Part shown: positions 24,994 to 37,935 of the stretch, piece after piece
Layout of the letters: the number at the start of each line of letters is the position of its first letter
Position numbering within the stretch: position 1 is the stretch's first letter
From: Chiloscyllium plagiosum
Taxonomy: Eukaryota
Assembly: GCF_004010195.1 (NCBI RefSeq)
Contig: NC_057719.1
Span: forward strand, 55,434,785 to 55,498,784
Direction of reading: 5' to 3'
Length of the DNA: 64,000 nt
Position numbers and translations under genes: made by a program
The notes under the pieces: generated by a model
The model's database searches: none
Told to the model about the DNA's origin: nothing
What the model saw: the letters and a program-made list of their open reading frames with translations, nothing else

Positions 24994-26494
24994 CTAGAAG
25001 AGTCCTAGAAGATTCTGCTGTATTTCTGAAATAGTTGCTGCTTAAATCTTTGTATTACTTCTCCAACCTGAATCATGTATGCTACACAAATAATAGGATC
25101 CCCAAATGATAGTTCACAGCTTAAGTGTTCCCCCAGACCTTCAAGAAAACATTTGTACTCACACTGCCAATCACATCTTTTTTTTCCCTTTTGCCATGTT
25201 TATGAACCTCACCTCTCTCTACTCACCCCCACCATGAAGGCCTCAAACTCTCTCAGCCATGAATACTCATCTCCCCTCCCATTTTCCAGCAATGATTTTC
25301 AACCTCCCCTCCACAAATCCCTCACTCCCTCTCCCAATGTTAACGGCAGGTGATTTCTCTCTCACACCCATGCTGTGAATTTGATATGAAGTTATTTGAT
25401 ACCAAGAACCAAAATACAACAACAAAGAGACAATGAGATTTTGCTTTGAAGCTCAGTAGGAATTTTGCATCTTCAGCCATGTTGGATTTGTTAGCCTTTA
25501 GCAGTCTTCCCTGTATCCTTCCCTGTCTTCCCATAAATAGCAAAGGAAATATACTCCAGCCTTTCCTCAGTAAATCTCCAAACCACTGAAAATCACACGA
25601 GACCCCTTTGTGATTTCTACAGGAATCCTTCCTGTTCATGGGTTGCAGCCATTTCTGCAGCAATCTACAACCAATAGGGAGCCAAATCTATCAAACTGCT
25701 CTTCCAGGTGGCAATTCCAACAAAGCAAAAAGCACACATGGTGTGGACTTAAGATTCCAACTTCTCCCTCCGAGTTTAAAAATTGTGCTGCAGTAATTCA
25801 GGGCCAAATCATACGAAAAAATAACTGCCCTGCAAAGATCTCCCAGCACAGGCAATATTTTGACCTAGCTGCTCAGAGAAGATTTAAAAGCCACATTTGC
25901 TTTCACATCAAAATAGATGAACTTAACTCGAACCTTGCTTTCCCAAAATATGTACTGTATACTTTCCCTATCATAAATATTTACACAGCAAAGTACCTGC
26001 TTATATTTCTGAGTTTTAATATTTTATGGTATATAAATTAATATTTCATCATATTCAAACTCTGATAGGTTATTATATTACGTCAAAAGAGCACTTGGAA
26101 CATATTTGTATAAATTTATGGCTACTGTCCACATTTATGCAGAATCAAACAATCCAGATCATGTGTGACTTCAGCATACATATGCTTCATTGCACTGTTG
26201 AGCTACAGAGATGAAAGAGTGAGCATTGCACTCTGTGTTGCTGCAAATGAGAGCTTTCAAAAATCTGATTGGATTCTTTAGTACGTGCTGCTTACCCGAT
26301 CTAAACTGCATGTAAGCCTTTAATCTTCAAGTCTACTGTAGTCACTAACAGGAAGATTTATTAATCATCATCACAGGTGAGGACCTCAGTCCATTACAAG
26401 CGTGAAACAACAGATGAGTTTAGCATATTCCCCACAAACATAATTTCAGGTGTTTTTCACCAGAAGTGTGTTTTGCTAAACTTGCCTGTATCTT

Positions 26495-26855
26495 TTTTTT
26501 TGTAATGGGATGTGGTCATTGCTGACCAGACCAGCATGTGTTGGCCATCCCTGATAGCCAGGAGAATTAATTTTGTTCATGGACAATTTCAGCCGGATAT
26601 TAAGAATCAACCACATTTAAAAATTACGAGTCAGTCACACAAAATTCAGACCAGGGGAGTTGGCAGATCTCTTTTGCGAAAGGACATGAATGAACCAGAT
26701 GTGTTTATATTGTCACTATTAGACTAACTTATTTTAAAATTCCAGATTTTGTTCAATCTAAATTTTTCAGTGTCCCATGGTGGGATTCAAAGGATGTCTC
26801 CAAAGGATGAGCTCATACCTCTGAATTACCAGCCCTGTGGCATTACGATACACCA
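26495..26855 (-). mobile_element. tRNA-derived SINE (family of 1143-1472)
   Basis: TGGGATGTGGTCATTGCTGACCAGACCAGCATGTGTTGGCC is the reverse complement of the shared tail. Confidence 0.6.
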
Positions 26856-27138
26856 AAGGGAGGTGGCTGCATAGAAACTATGACAGGACCAAGGATATTC
26901 TGCATTGACTGGAGTTCAGCAAATAAATGAAGAACCATCAGTTGAGTTGAATGCCTAGTAGCCTAAAAGTAGCACTGGGTAACACAGTGAAATCTTGGCT
27001 GGATCCTGAGATCAATATTCAGGTCACTCACCTGCATAAGGTCAGATGCCACTTGTATTATACACATGGAAGTTCTGTGACATACAAAGGATCTGTAATC
27101 TGAGATATAAATGTGTGGAGTGCTCATCTAATAAGTAG

Positions 27139-27252
27139 GAGAAAGTGAGGTCTGCAGATGCTGGAGATCAGAGCTGGAAATGTGTTGCTGGAAAAGCGCA
27201 GCAGGTCAGGCAGCATCCAGCTTATGCCCGAAATGTCGATTCTCCTGTTCAA
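27139..27252 (-). mobile_element. Penelope-like family A insertion with short inverted segment
   Basis: TSD CTAATAAGTAG at 27128-27138 and 27253-27263; inverted piece CTTATGCCCGAAATGTCGATTCTCCTG at 27221-27250. Confidence 0.85.
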
Positions 27253-30200
27253 CTAATAAGTAGCCTAATCACTGGTCCCCAAAGGCAGCATGGGAGGCCG
27301 CTCTAAAATTTAGTCAGAAGAAATGTTAAACTTGTATTATTGTGGGGTCAGGCAGCATAGGAATACAAGGCAGAAACCCTGCAGCTCACTGCTGGTTGTC
27401 CTAGTACTCATCTCTCCATCCACCTGACTCCCACTTCAGCTGGTTCACATAAAATCAGCCAATTCCCTACAGACCCAACTGACCTAACTAATTTGGTGCA
27501 TGCAGGTGGATAGATAAATGGAGGAAAGACTTTTATTTGTAAAGAGACTAAAAGGAGAGATTCAAAACTGAACTGCACAGGCATCATGCACAAAGCTTCT
27601 TCCTGACTTCAGAGGAGTTGCAACCATTCGGACTCTACTACTGTTGGCTTTGCAAGAAAGGTTGCTAAGCTTTACCTTTTTATTTAAATACAGTTAACAT
27701 TATCTATATGCAGGTCAAGATTTCACCTCTGCTGCAGGACTGCTGGAAAGAACCATCTCTTATTCATCATATGACTTTAAATCACTTCCCTCATGATAAT
27801 GTAAACTATTTTGTTTGTATATCCACATGAACCCTTTACACGAACAGCCAACATTAGTGGGGGTTTTTCTCAGAAATAGAACTGCTCCAATTTAACCTAC
27901 ACACATCAGGGTGAGTTACAATTCTCCTGAACATGTTCAAGTGCTTGGTTACATTGATAGAAAAATGGAACCATATATTAGAAGAGTGGCTGATGTGCCA
28001 TTACAGCCAAAATGTAGCTACTTGAAAGTAACCATGTGGGTTGGTGGGTGAAGGAAAAGTAAGACGAAAATTTAATACTACCCATAAGTTTTGGAAAGCT
28101 CTGCTTTCACCGTAGCTTACTCCCTGGGTGCTCAGTTTCAGTCAGCATGAAAAGGAATTGTTAGTGACCTGAAGTTGTGGCCATCCATCTGAAGGAGAGC
28201 AGTACTGGCATGCATTATATTGGTATACCTCCACATTTACTAACCTCTTATCTTCACCAGTCTCTACATTCATTCTTAAATTGTAATGGTAGCCACTTGC
28301 TGTCACAAAGTTGTAGCACCTCCTACACAAGGAAGCTATGTGGATGCCAACGTTTCTGTGCTTTACTTCTTCTGTATAGTCCCCTTCTAACATACTACAA
28401 GAGATGAAGCCTACTCTTTGTCCAGCTTCTGCCTGTGTGTCTAACAGGGCAGCAGGTGGTCACGGTGAGGGCAGGGACCATGCAGGAGAGATTGATGCTT
28501 TCTTCAGGCTGTCTTTAAGGGGATGGGTGTCTTTGTCAGAGGGAGAGTTCATGGAAAGAGAGACAGACAGACACTCCAGAGGGAAAACCAGTTAAACAAA
28601 AGCATTAATACTTGGAAACAAACATGCTGGAGAGGTACACAAGATGAGTCAGACCAGAGTGTCTCATTTGCAAGTTATTTTTCCTTTCTGGAAGGAAAAC
28701 AAATGATTCTTCAACTAAGATCTGAGTCTCAGCTTAAATAGTCCGATTCTGTGCTCTAGCCTGCCTTTCTCAATGTTTCTAAAGACCTGATGCCATAGAA
28801 TAAAGAATCCCTGTTTTATAATTTTCAGAGCATCTGTGTACCTAAACCTCCCATTGCATATGGGTAGCCATGAGGTGGTGGTGCCTTTAAACAAAGCTGG
28901 AGATCATTGACAACCAGCTCTTATAGGCAAGCCAGATGAGGGCCAGAGGCTTATTATAAATAGATTGCCCTTAGGGGTGCCTGTGAGAGCTGACCTGCGT
29001 AATTTTAGTATGTATTACCCCAAAATTCCTCACTGGGCAGTCAGCTCCTCCTGCACTTCAAAGCGTCATACAGATTTACCTTGACCAGGAGTCTTTGTGC
29101 TGTAATTATCATCCTGCGGAGATGCCAATAAACTGTTTACCTTAGTTTACATAAATACATAGAGTAAATTATGTTACAAAGTTTCATTATAACTTTCTGC
29201 AGAAGAAAACTAACAATATTCAAGAAATCCTGGATGGAAATTGCTTAAGTAATTTTGAAGCGTCTGCATGCAGATATTCGACATGACTTTGAAGAGTAAA
29301 GCACAATTCACTTGAATCAACCCAGTCAGGCAAGGTTTAAACTTTGTTTTAAGCAATGTGAAAAACCACAGTCAGCTTTTCTTGTACCTTCGAGTGTTGG
29401 ATCTTTGCTCCCTTTATCTTAAAAGCTTTTTTTTGGGTCAATCGTCTTAAATTATTGATGCTGTTTCAACAGTATGGACATTTTGATTCTTTGTACTTGG
29501 GACATGCTGCAGAATTTTGTCAGGTTTTTTATGAGCATATCTAAAATCAATATAGACAATTTCAAGTTTCTATTGTGGATTCAGTTTCATCATTTTACTG
29601 TCTGAATGCAGTAAAAAATTGTCAGATCAACTCTTGAATTCAAGAGTTACATAGTAGTTATCTGTTATTGCAGTTGGGTTCTGATTTGCTCTCATTATAT
29701 TCACGAGAGATTTCAGTATCATTTATAGACGTTAACTCTGCGGATCTTTTCTGAAACAGTGGACATCAGCCAAAAGAACTTTTCTTTCACCGAGTCTTTT
29801 ACACATTTCTAGGAACAATTAGAAATGACTATATGCACTTACATGTCAGTAACTTTGTCATAAAGCATGACCAATGAGCTAAAGTAACAGCCCAACCTTC
29901 AATATATGCAGTGATTAATCCTATCAATAAACATTCACATCTGTTTTTGGTTGGTCCAGTGTTAGTGTTGCTGAATTAAAACACAGACTTCTTTTGCTCT
30001 CTCGATAGAATAGCAGAACTCTTGAATATGCATGTTACATACATGCATAAAGCCTCCTAACAAACACATTCCCAATCTTGGTGAAGAGTCAACACCTAAC
30101 CTCTCAATACATAAAAACTAAAAAGGAAATGATGTATTCCAATTGTCACTGGCTGAAGAGTGAATTAACTTAGAAGAGCAAAATTCCAGGACCACATTCC

Positions 30201-30500
30201 AATATTATTGCAACGATTGCCATCAAACAGCGAAAATAATAAGCTACCCCAAAATTTGAAAGATCAGTTTCAACCACTTACGGTTATCATCTCATCTAGT
30301 AAGGATTCGACTGTTGTAAAAATTCTGCTCAAAGAGGTGTCATTTCAATATGTTAATGCTTCATCAATGTGTAGGCTTCATTCTCAGAGCTATAGTAGAA
30401 TGATTCATGACAGTTTGTGCTTTGAAGAAAAGAGTAGAACTAGGGTGTAATCAGGGATAAACTTCAAGCAACCACTTCCATTGGGTAGACGCTGAACAGA

Positions 30501-30663
30501 GCTGAAAATGTGTTGCTGGACACACTTTCCTAATTCCTGAAGAAGGGCTTATGCCCGAAACGTCGATTCTCCTGCTCCTTGGATGCTGCCTGACCTGCTG
30601 CTCTTGTCCAGCAACACATTTTCAGCTCTGATCTCCAGCATCTGCAGCCCTCACTTTCTCTGC
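30501..30663 (+). mobile_element. Penelope-like family A fold-back insertion
   Basis: TSD GTAGACGCTGAACAGA at 30485-30500 and 30664-30679; short inverted arm switching at GCTGGA microhomology. Confidence 0.9.
30533..30568 (+). ncRNA. Minimal hammerhead ribozyme (family A), intact core
   Basis: CUGAAGA-A-GGGC(UUAU)GCCC-GAAAC-GUC^GA; core identical to 11919-11954. Confidence 0.75.
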
Positions 30664-31366
30664 GTAGACGCTGAACAGACTTACACAACCACATTGGGGT
30701 GTTGCCTATTTCTGGCCTCATATAAAACGCACAAATGTGTATTCCTATAACATTCCATTCTCTTGATTTTGTTCACTAGCTTACAATATTCATACATTTA
30801 AAAATTCAACTTCTTTAATTCTATCCATTTGCACCTTCAAAAATTCAGCTAATTGATTATTCTGATTATATCTCTAGTAGAAATAACAATTAAATAAAGA
30901 ACGGTTTATTAAATAAATGGTAGTTCAGCAGTAACTCTGTAAGATTCTTCTTCCATGTATGTAATAGCATTGCCAAGCCTTGTATTTTCTCTTTGAATTT
31001 CTCAGGGTGTTTTTATTTGACATTTTACTCACTATATTCAGATCACATTTACTGACCTGGTTGTTTCCTCTCCATGGACTAGATGTGTTCTGTGTACAGC
31101 AGATTTCACTTGAATATCTACATGACAAGTCAAGGCAATTTATCATCTCGAGAGGACACAGCTATGGTTCACTAAAAAAATGCTCAGCATTAGAAAATTT
31201 GTCAGTGCAATAAAAGCTCATGTTTCAGTGGCATCAGTAAATAATTAACTCATCCATATTCTGGTCCAGAAGTAAAATTCATTTCTTATGTTTAGTTGTT
31301 AAATGTAATCTTAATACATGGAAATGTGATGCTGCGTGCTTGACTTGGCTCCTAGTTAAGAACACG

Positions 31367-31669
31367 AATGGGCTGAGAAGTGGCAGATGGAGTTTAATTC
31401 AGATAAATGCGAGGTGCTGCATTTTGGGGAAGCAAATCCTAGCAGGACTTATACATTTAATGGTAAAGTCCTAGGGAGTGTTGCTGAACAAAGAGACCTT
31501 GGAGTGCAGGTTCATAGCTCCTTGAAAGTGGAGTCACAGGTAGATAGGATAGTGAAGAACGCGTTTGGTATGCTTTCATTTATTGGTCAGAGTACTGAGT
31601 ACAGGAGTTGGGAGGTCATGTTGCGGCTATACAGGACATTGGTTAGGCCACTGCTGGAATATTGTGTGC
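31367..31669 (+). mobile_element. CR1 family 1 internal fragment
   Basis: WAEKWQMEFNSDKCEVLHFG...LYRTLVRPLLEYCV. Confidence 0.85.
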
Positions 31670-32569
31670 TTAGATGAGGGAGTCGAAGGGTGGGTCAGTA
31701 AATTTGCAGATGATACGAAGATAGGTGGAGTTGTGGACAGTGAGGAGGGCTGTTGTCGGCTGCAGAGGGACTTAGATATGATGCAGAGCTGGGCTGAGGA
31801 GTGGCAGATGGAGTTCAACCCTGCCAAGTGTGAGGTTGTCCATTTTGGAAGAACAAATAAGAATGCGGAATACAGGGTTAATGGTAGGGTTCTTAGTGAG
31901 GTTGAGGAACAGAGGGATCTTGGGGTCTATGTACATAGATCTTTGAAGGTTGCCACTCAGGTGGATAGAGTTTGTAAGAAGGCCTATGGAGTATTATCGT
32001 TCATTAGCAGAGGGATTGAATTCAAGAGTCTTGAAGTGATGTTGCAACTGTACAGGATTTTGGTTAGGCCACATTTGGAGTACTGTGTGCAGTTCTGGTC
32101 GCTTCACTTTAGGAAAGATGTGGAAGCTTTGGAGAGGGTGCAGAGAAGATTTACCAGGATGTTGCCTGGAATGGAGAATAGGTCGTACGAGGATAGGTTG
32201 AGAGTGCTAGGCCTTGTTGGAACGGCGAAGGATGAGGGGTGACTTGATAGAGGTTTATAAGATGATCAGAGGAATAGATAGAGTAGACAGTCAGAAACTT
32301 TTTCCCCGGGTGCAACAGAGTGTTACAAGGGGACATAAATTTAAGGTGGAAGGTATAGGGGAGATGTCAGGGGTGGGTTCTTTACCCAGAGAGTGGTGGG
32401 GGCATGAAATGCGCTGCCTGTGGGAGTGGTAGAGTCAGAATCTTTGGTGACCTTTAAGCGGCAATTGGATAGGTACATGGATGGGTGCTTAAGCTAGGAC
32501 AAATGTTCGGCACAACATCGTGGGCCGAAGGGCCTGTTCTGTGCTTTATTGTTCTATGTTCTATGTTCT
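31670..32569 (+). mobile_element. CR1 family 2, 5'-truncated, abutting the family 1 fragment
   Basis: [20 protein letters not shown]...; (GTTCTAT)n tail. Confidence 0.9.
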
Positions 32570-33209
32570 AAAAAGACTTTGTTTCAGATGAAACCTTTCT
32601 GATGAAACTGTCTTTGCACAGAAGCTTCCAGATCTTCTAAGTTACAGCAGTTTATTTCCTAATCTGATTTTCAGCATTCATAATATGCTGCTTAATGATA
32701 TCCTTGAAGCTCCTTCATTGGGTTATACAAATCCACCTTATCAGGGATGTGGATTTGGACAGGGTTGTTCAGACACCTTGCTGGTTTGTCCAATTGATTT
32801 CAATGGCAAGTGGCGTGCATCAGGCCCCCAACTGAGAGACTGATAGCAATGCAATGGATCTTATTTATTCCAAAAGTGTCTAGAAGAGACCATTCAAACC
32901 ATCCTTCCTGATGCATGATGGATTAAAGTAATGGATAACCTGATGCTGCATAACCTGCTCTCAGAGGAAGAATGATCTCCTTGGCAGAGTACCCATGGAA
33001 TTGTAGCTCAGAAGGGACAAAGGGAGAGATCATTACGGTCATTGTCTGGGCTAGAGGCTCACTTGCCTAATTTCTTCCCTGGCAATAAATGAGATGATCA
33101 TAGAGCTGGTTGCACAAACAACAGGCATTCTGATCTGCCGGGTTACTGCACTGATGGTGAAGGTGACAAATGGCCCATTGCTTTTGAAAGATCAAAGTTT
33201 AAAATGTAA

Positions 33210-36200
33210 GCAAGAATGACTTGCATTGAAATGACATCATGAATGGCTGCAGGAAGCCTCAAAAAGTTTTACAACCAATATGTTTCTGTGGCCAGCAGTG
33301 AAAAATCAGAATGGTGTGCTACTTCCCTGGTGTCAGGATCAAGGATGTCTCAGAGAGGGTGCAGAATGTTCCCACCGGGGAGAGGGACCAGCAAGAGGTC
33401 ATTGTCTACATTGGAACCAACGACACAGGAAGGGAAAAGGTTGAGATTCTGAAGGGAGATTACACAGAGTTAGGCAAGAATTTAAAAAGGAGATCTTCGA
33501 GAGTAGTAGTATCTGGATTACTCTCGGTGCTACGAGCTAATGAGGGCAGGAACAGGAGGATAGAGCTGATGAATGCATGCTGAGGAGCTGGTGTATGGGA
33601 GAAGGATTTACATTTTTGGACCATTGGAATCTCTTTTGGTGTAGAAGTGACCTGGACAAGAAAGACGGATTGCACCTAAATTGGAAGGGGACTAATAGAC
33701 TGGCAGGGAAATTTGCTAGAGCTGCTGGGGAGGATTTAAACTAGTAAGGTGGGGGGATAGCCAGGGAAATAGTGAGGAAAGATATCGATCTGAGATGGGT
33801 ACAGTTGAGAACAGAAGCGAATCAAACAGTCAGGGCAGGCAGGGACAAGGCAGGACTATTAAATTAAACTTCATTTATTTCAATGCAAGGGGTCTTACAG
33901 GGAAAGCAGATGAACTCAGGGCATGGTTAGGAACATGGGATAACATAGCAATTACAGAAACATGACCCAGGGATGGACAGGTTTGGCAGCTTAATGTTCC
34001 AGGATACAAATGCTACAGGAAGGATAGAAAGGGAGGCAAGAGAGGAAGGAGAGTGGCATTTTTGATAAGGGATAGCATTACAGCTGTACTTAGGGAGGAT
34101 ATTCCCAGAAATACATCCAGGGAAGTTATTTGGGTGGAACTGAGAAATAAGAAAGGGATGATCACTTTATTAGGATTGTGTTATAGACCTCCTAATAGTC
34201 AGAGGGTAATTGAGAAACAAATTTGGAAGGAGATCTCAGCTTTCTGTAAGAATAATAGGGTGGTTATGGTAGGGGATTTTAACTTTCCAAATGTAGACTG
34301 GGACTGCCATAGTGTTAAGGGTTTAGATGGAGAGGAATTTGTTAAGTGTGTACAAGAAAGTTTTCTTATTCAGTATGTGGATGTACCTACTAGAGAAGGT
34401 TCAAAACTTAACCTACTCTTGGGAAATAAGGCAGGGCAGGTGACTGAGGTGTCAGTGGGGGAGCACTTTGGGGCCAGCCCTTCAGAAATGAGATAACGAG
34501 AATCCAGAGAAAGTATATTCCTGTTAGGGTGAAAGGAAAGGCTGGTAGGTATAGGGAATGCTGGATGACGAGAGAAAATAAGGGTTTAGTTCGGAAAAAG
34601 AAGGAAGCATATGTCAGATATAGACAGGATAGATTGAGTGAATCCTTAGAAGAGTATAAAGGCAGTAGGGGTATACTTAAGAGGGAAATCAGGAGGGCAA
34701 AAAGGTGTCATGAGATAGCTTTGGCAAATAGAATTAAGGATAATCCAAAGGGATTTTACAACTACATTAAGGACAAAAGGGTGACCAGGGAGAGAATAGG
34801 GCCCCTAACAAATCAGCAAGACAGCCTTTGTGTGGATCCACAGAAAATGGGGAAGATACTAAATTAGTATTTTGCATCAGTATTTACTGTGGACGAGGAT
34901 ATGGAAGATATAGACTGTAGGGAAATAGATGGTGACATCTTGAAAAATGTCCATATTACAGAGGAGGAAGTGCTGGATGTGTTGAAATGCATAAAGGTGA
35001 ATAAATCCCTAGCACCTGATCAGGTATACCCTAGAACTCTATGGGAGTTAGAGAAGTGATTGCTGGGCATCTTGCTGAGATATTTGTATCACTGATAGTC
35101 ACAGGTGAGGTGCCGGAAGACTGGAGGTTGGCTAACATGGTGCCACTGTTTAAGAAAGGTGGTAAGGATAAGCCAGGAACTATAGACCAGTGAGCCTGAT
35201 GAAGGTGGTGGGCAAGTTGTTGGAGGGAATCCTGAGGAACAGTTCGTACATGTATTTGGAAAAGGAAGGACTGATTAGGGATAATCCACATGGCTTTGTG
35301 CGTGAGAAATCATGTCTCACAAACCTGATTGGGATTTTGAAGAAGTAACAAAGAGGATTGATGAGGGCTGAGTGACAGATGTGATCTATATGGACTTCAG
35401 TAAGGCGTTTGAGAAGGTTCCCCATGGGAGACTGGTTGGCAAGGTTAGATCTCACGGAATACAGGGAGAATCAGCCATTTGGATACAGAACTGGCTAAAA
35501 GGTAGAAGACAGAGGGTGGTGGTGGAGGTTGTTTTTCAGACTGGAGGCCTGTGACCAGTGGAGTGCCACAAGTATCTGTGCTGGGTCCTCTACCTTTTGT
35601 CATTTATATAAATTATTTGGATAAGAGATATAGTTAGTAAGTTTGCAGATGATACATAAATTGGAGATGTAGTGGACTGTGAAGAAGGTTACTTCAGATT
35701 ACAACAGGATCTTGATGGGCCAATGGGCTGAGAAGTGATAGATGAAGTTTAATGGAAGGTGCTGCATTTTGGGGAAAGCAAATCTTAGCAGGACTTATAC
35801 ACTTAATGGTAAGGTCCTAGGGAGTGTTGCTGAATAAAGAGACCTTGGAGTACAGGTTCATAGGTCCTTGAAAGTGGAGTCACGGGTAGATAGGATAGTG
35901 AAGAAGGCGTTTGGTATGCTTTCATTTATTGGTCAGTGTATTGAGTACAGGAGTTGGGAGGTCATTTGCAGCTGTATAGGACATTGGTAAGGCCACTGTT
36001 GGAATATTGCGTGCTATTCTGGTCCCCTTCCTATCAGAAAGATGTTGTGACACTTGAAAGGGTTCAGAAAAGATTTACAAGGATGTTGCCAGGGTTGAAG
36101 AATTTGAGCTATAGAGAGAGGTTGAATAGGCTGGGACTGTTTCCCCTGGAGCGCGGAGGCTGAGGGGTGACTTCATAGAGGCTTACAAAATTATGAGGGG

Positions 36201-37550
36201 CATGGATAGGATAAATAGGCAAAGTCTTTTCCCTAGTGTGGGGAAGTCCATAACTAGAGGGCATAGGTTTAGGGTCAGAGGGGAGAGATATAAAAGAGAC
36301 CTAAGGAGCAACTTTATCACACAGAGGGTAGTACATATATGGAATGAGCTGCCAGAGGAAGTGGTGGAGGCTGGTACAATTGCAACATTTAAAAGACATT
36401 TGGATGGGTATATGAATAGGAAGGGTTTGGAGTGATATGGGCCAGGTACTGGCAGGTGGGACTAGATTGAGTCGGGATATCTGGTCAGCATGGACAAGTT
36501 GGACTGAAGGGTCTGTTTCCGTGCTGTACATCTCTATGACTCTCTGACTCTATATTGCTTTTGAGGTGAAGTCACAATTGTAATGTAGGAAAAGTGACAA
36601 CCAATTTATCGACAGCAAGCTCCCACAAACAATGTTGAATTTAAACACCAAATGATCTATTTTAAGTGTTAGTTGAAGGACAACTATAAGCTAATACTAG
36701 AGAGGTTGCTGTTATTCTTCATCAAACAGTGTTATGGGATATTTTACATTCATTGGAGTGAATAGACTGAAGGTGGAATCCCCTGTTCCTGAAGTTCAAG
36801 AGCAAGGAGTTGGAAAGACCACCTGGAGCCTGCTGCCTTCCTGCCTCTGCCAGAATAAAGTTCTGGATGGGAAGGCCCATGCTCAACCTTCCTGTCTTGC
36901 TGCTGGTCGAGGCTCTAAAGTGGTCAGTTGAGGATCGTATAAGAGGCTCAGCCCCAGCACTGAACTTCCATGCAGGTTTGTCTGTTTCATGATAGCTATT
37001 TCTCAGAAGGGCAGCTTGTCATCTCAAAGGCAACCATTGCCTGATCAAGGGAATAGACAACAAACAGGGGATGCCTATTGTAATTCATTTCCTGTCCTTC
37101 TACACCCCCAACTCCTGTCCCAATGAGCACCAACACCATAAAACTCCCCTATGCCTGCTCCCCTTAACTGATTTTTGTCCTCAATTGCTCAGCAATTTTG
37201 TGATTTTGAGGCTACCATGCAGCATCAGCATTGTCTCTTCATGGTTGAGACTTCCATCCCAAGAACATAATTTGAGGGGAAGCCAACTGGTGGCCTCACC
37301 AATGCCTGTCGATTTGTAGCTTTGCACTTCTTCCACAGGTTGGTTGTCAGCTCTGCAGCTAGAAAGTAAAACTCCCAATGTCTCAACACAATCCCACTCA
37401 GGTCTTGGATTCACCTCTCATCTGAGATAGCACATTGTCAGTGTAGTGTTTCATCAATGCTGTATCAGTAGATCAACCGCAGTTACTTACTTGAGTTTCT
37501 ATACTGAGACTTGCATCTAAACTGTATGACTTAGACACATGACTACTACA
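33210..37550 (-). mobile_element. Ancient Deu-domain-like SINE (SacSINE1/AmnSINE1-like) split into three pieces
   Basis: Pieces at about 33210-33280, 36554-36770 and 37400-37550; ACAGCAAGCTCCCACAAAC, GTGTTATGGGATATTTTAC and CTCTCATCTGAGATAGCAC resemble the reverse-complement Deu domain (from memory of the consensus). Confidence 0.55.
33281..36553 (+). mobile_element. Near-complete CR1 family 1 LINE: ORF1 SGNH esterase, APE endonuclease, RT (disabled)
   Basis: ORF1 MVCYFPGVRIKDV...VYIGTND...DGLHLNWKG; APE YFNARGL, CYRPP, GDFNFP; RT YMDFSKAF, SKFADDT; stops, frameshifts and internal deletions; (CTCTATGA)n tail. Confidence 0.92.
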
Positions 37551-37839
37551 AATATCCTGCAGTTGCAAAGAAGATGTACACTTATAGGGCATCACATCTC
37601 TCTCAAAATAATCATTGTTTATTGGTTAAGTAGATTGTGATATACTGAGATACATCTAACTCATGATGATATCATTCTGACATCAATGAGACAAAAAACA
37701 CCAATCTATATTCAGCATATGAATAAAAAGGTTTTTGACACGAGAGAACTGCATTTGAGAACCAATTATGTCCAGATATTAAAAAGGAAGGTTACACTAC
37801 ATAAGGAGATGAAGATTCTTTAGAAATAAGGAACAAGCA

Positions 37840-37935
37840 GCCTTGGGGATAGTACAGGGGCTCTATGATGTCCCTACCTCTGAGACAGAAGGTTTAGGTT
37901 CAAGTCCAACCTGCTCCAGCAGTACAGGTTGATTT
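37840..37935 (+). mobile_element. Short tRNA-derived SINE inserted in the Gypsy 5' LTR
   Basis: GTCCCTACCTCTGAGACAGAAGGTTTAGGTTCAAGTCC. Confidence 0.55.

Larger units (their letters stand above)
19898..25020 (+). mobile_element. Decayed PIF/Harbinger-like DNA transposon with nested insertions
   Basis: Candidate TIRs GGGCTGAATCTT (19898) and AAGATTCTGCTG (25009-25020); internal Myb/SANT-like pseudogene; hosts a CR1 and two Penelope insertions. Confidence 0.5.

Noticed and set aside
31565-32242. Longest ORF (225 aa) as a host gene
   Set aside because: It is CR1 reverse transcriptase read through a junction of two LINE fragments
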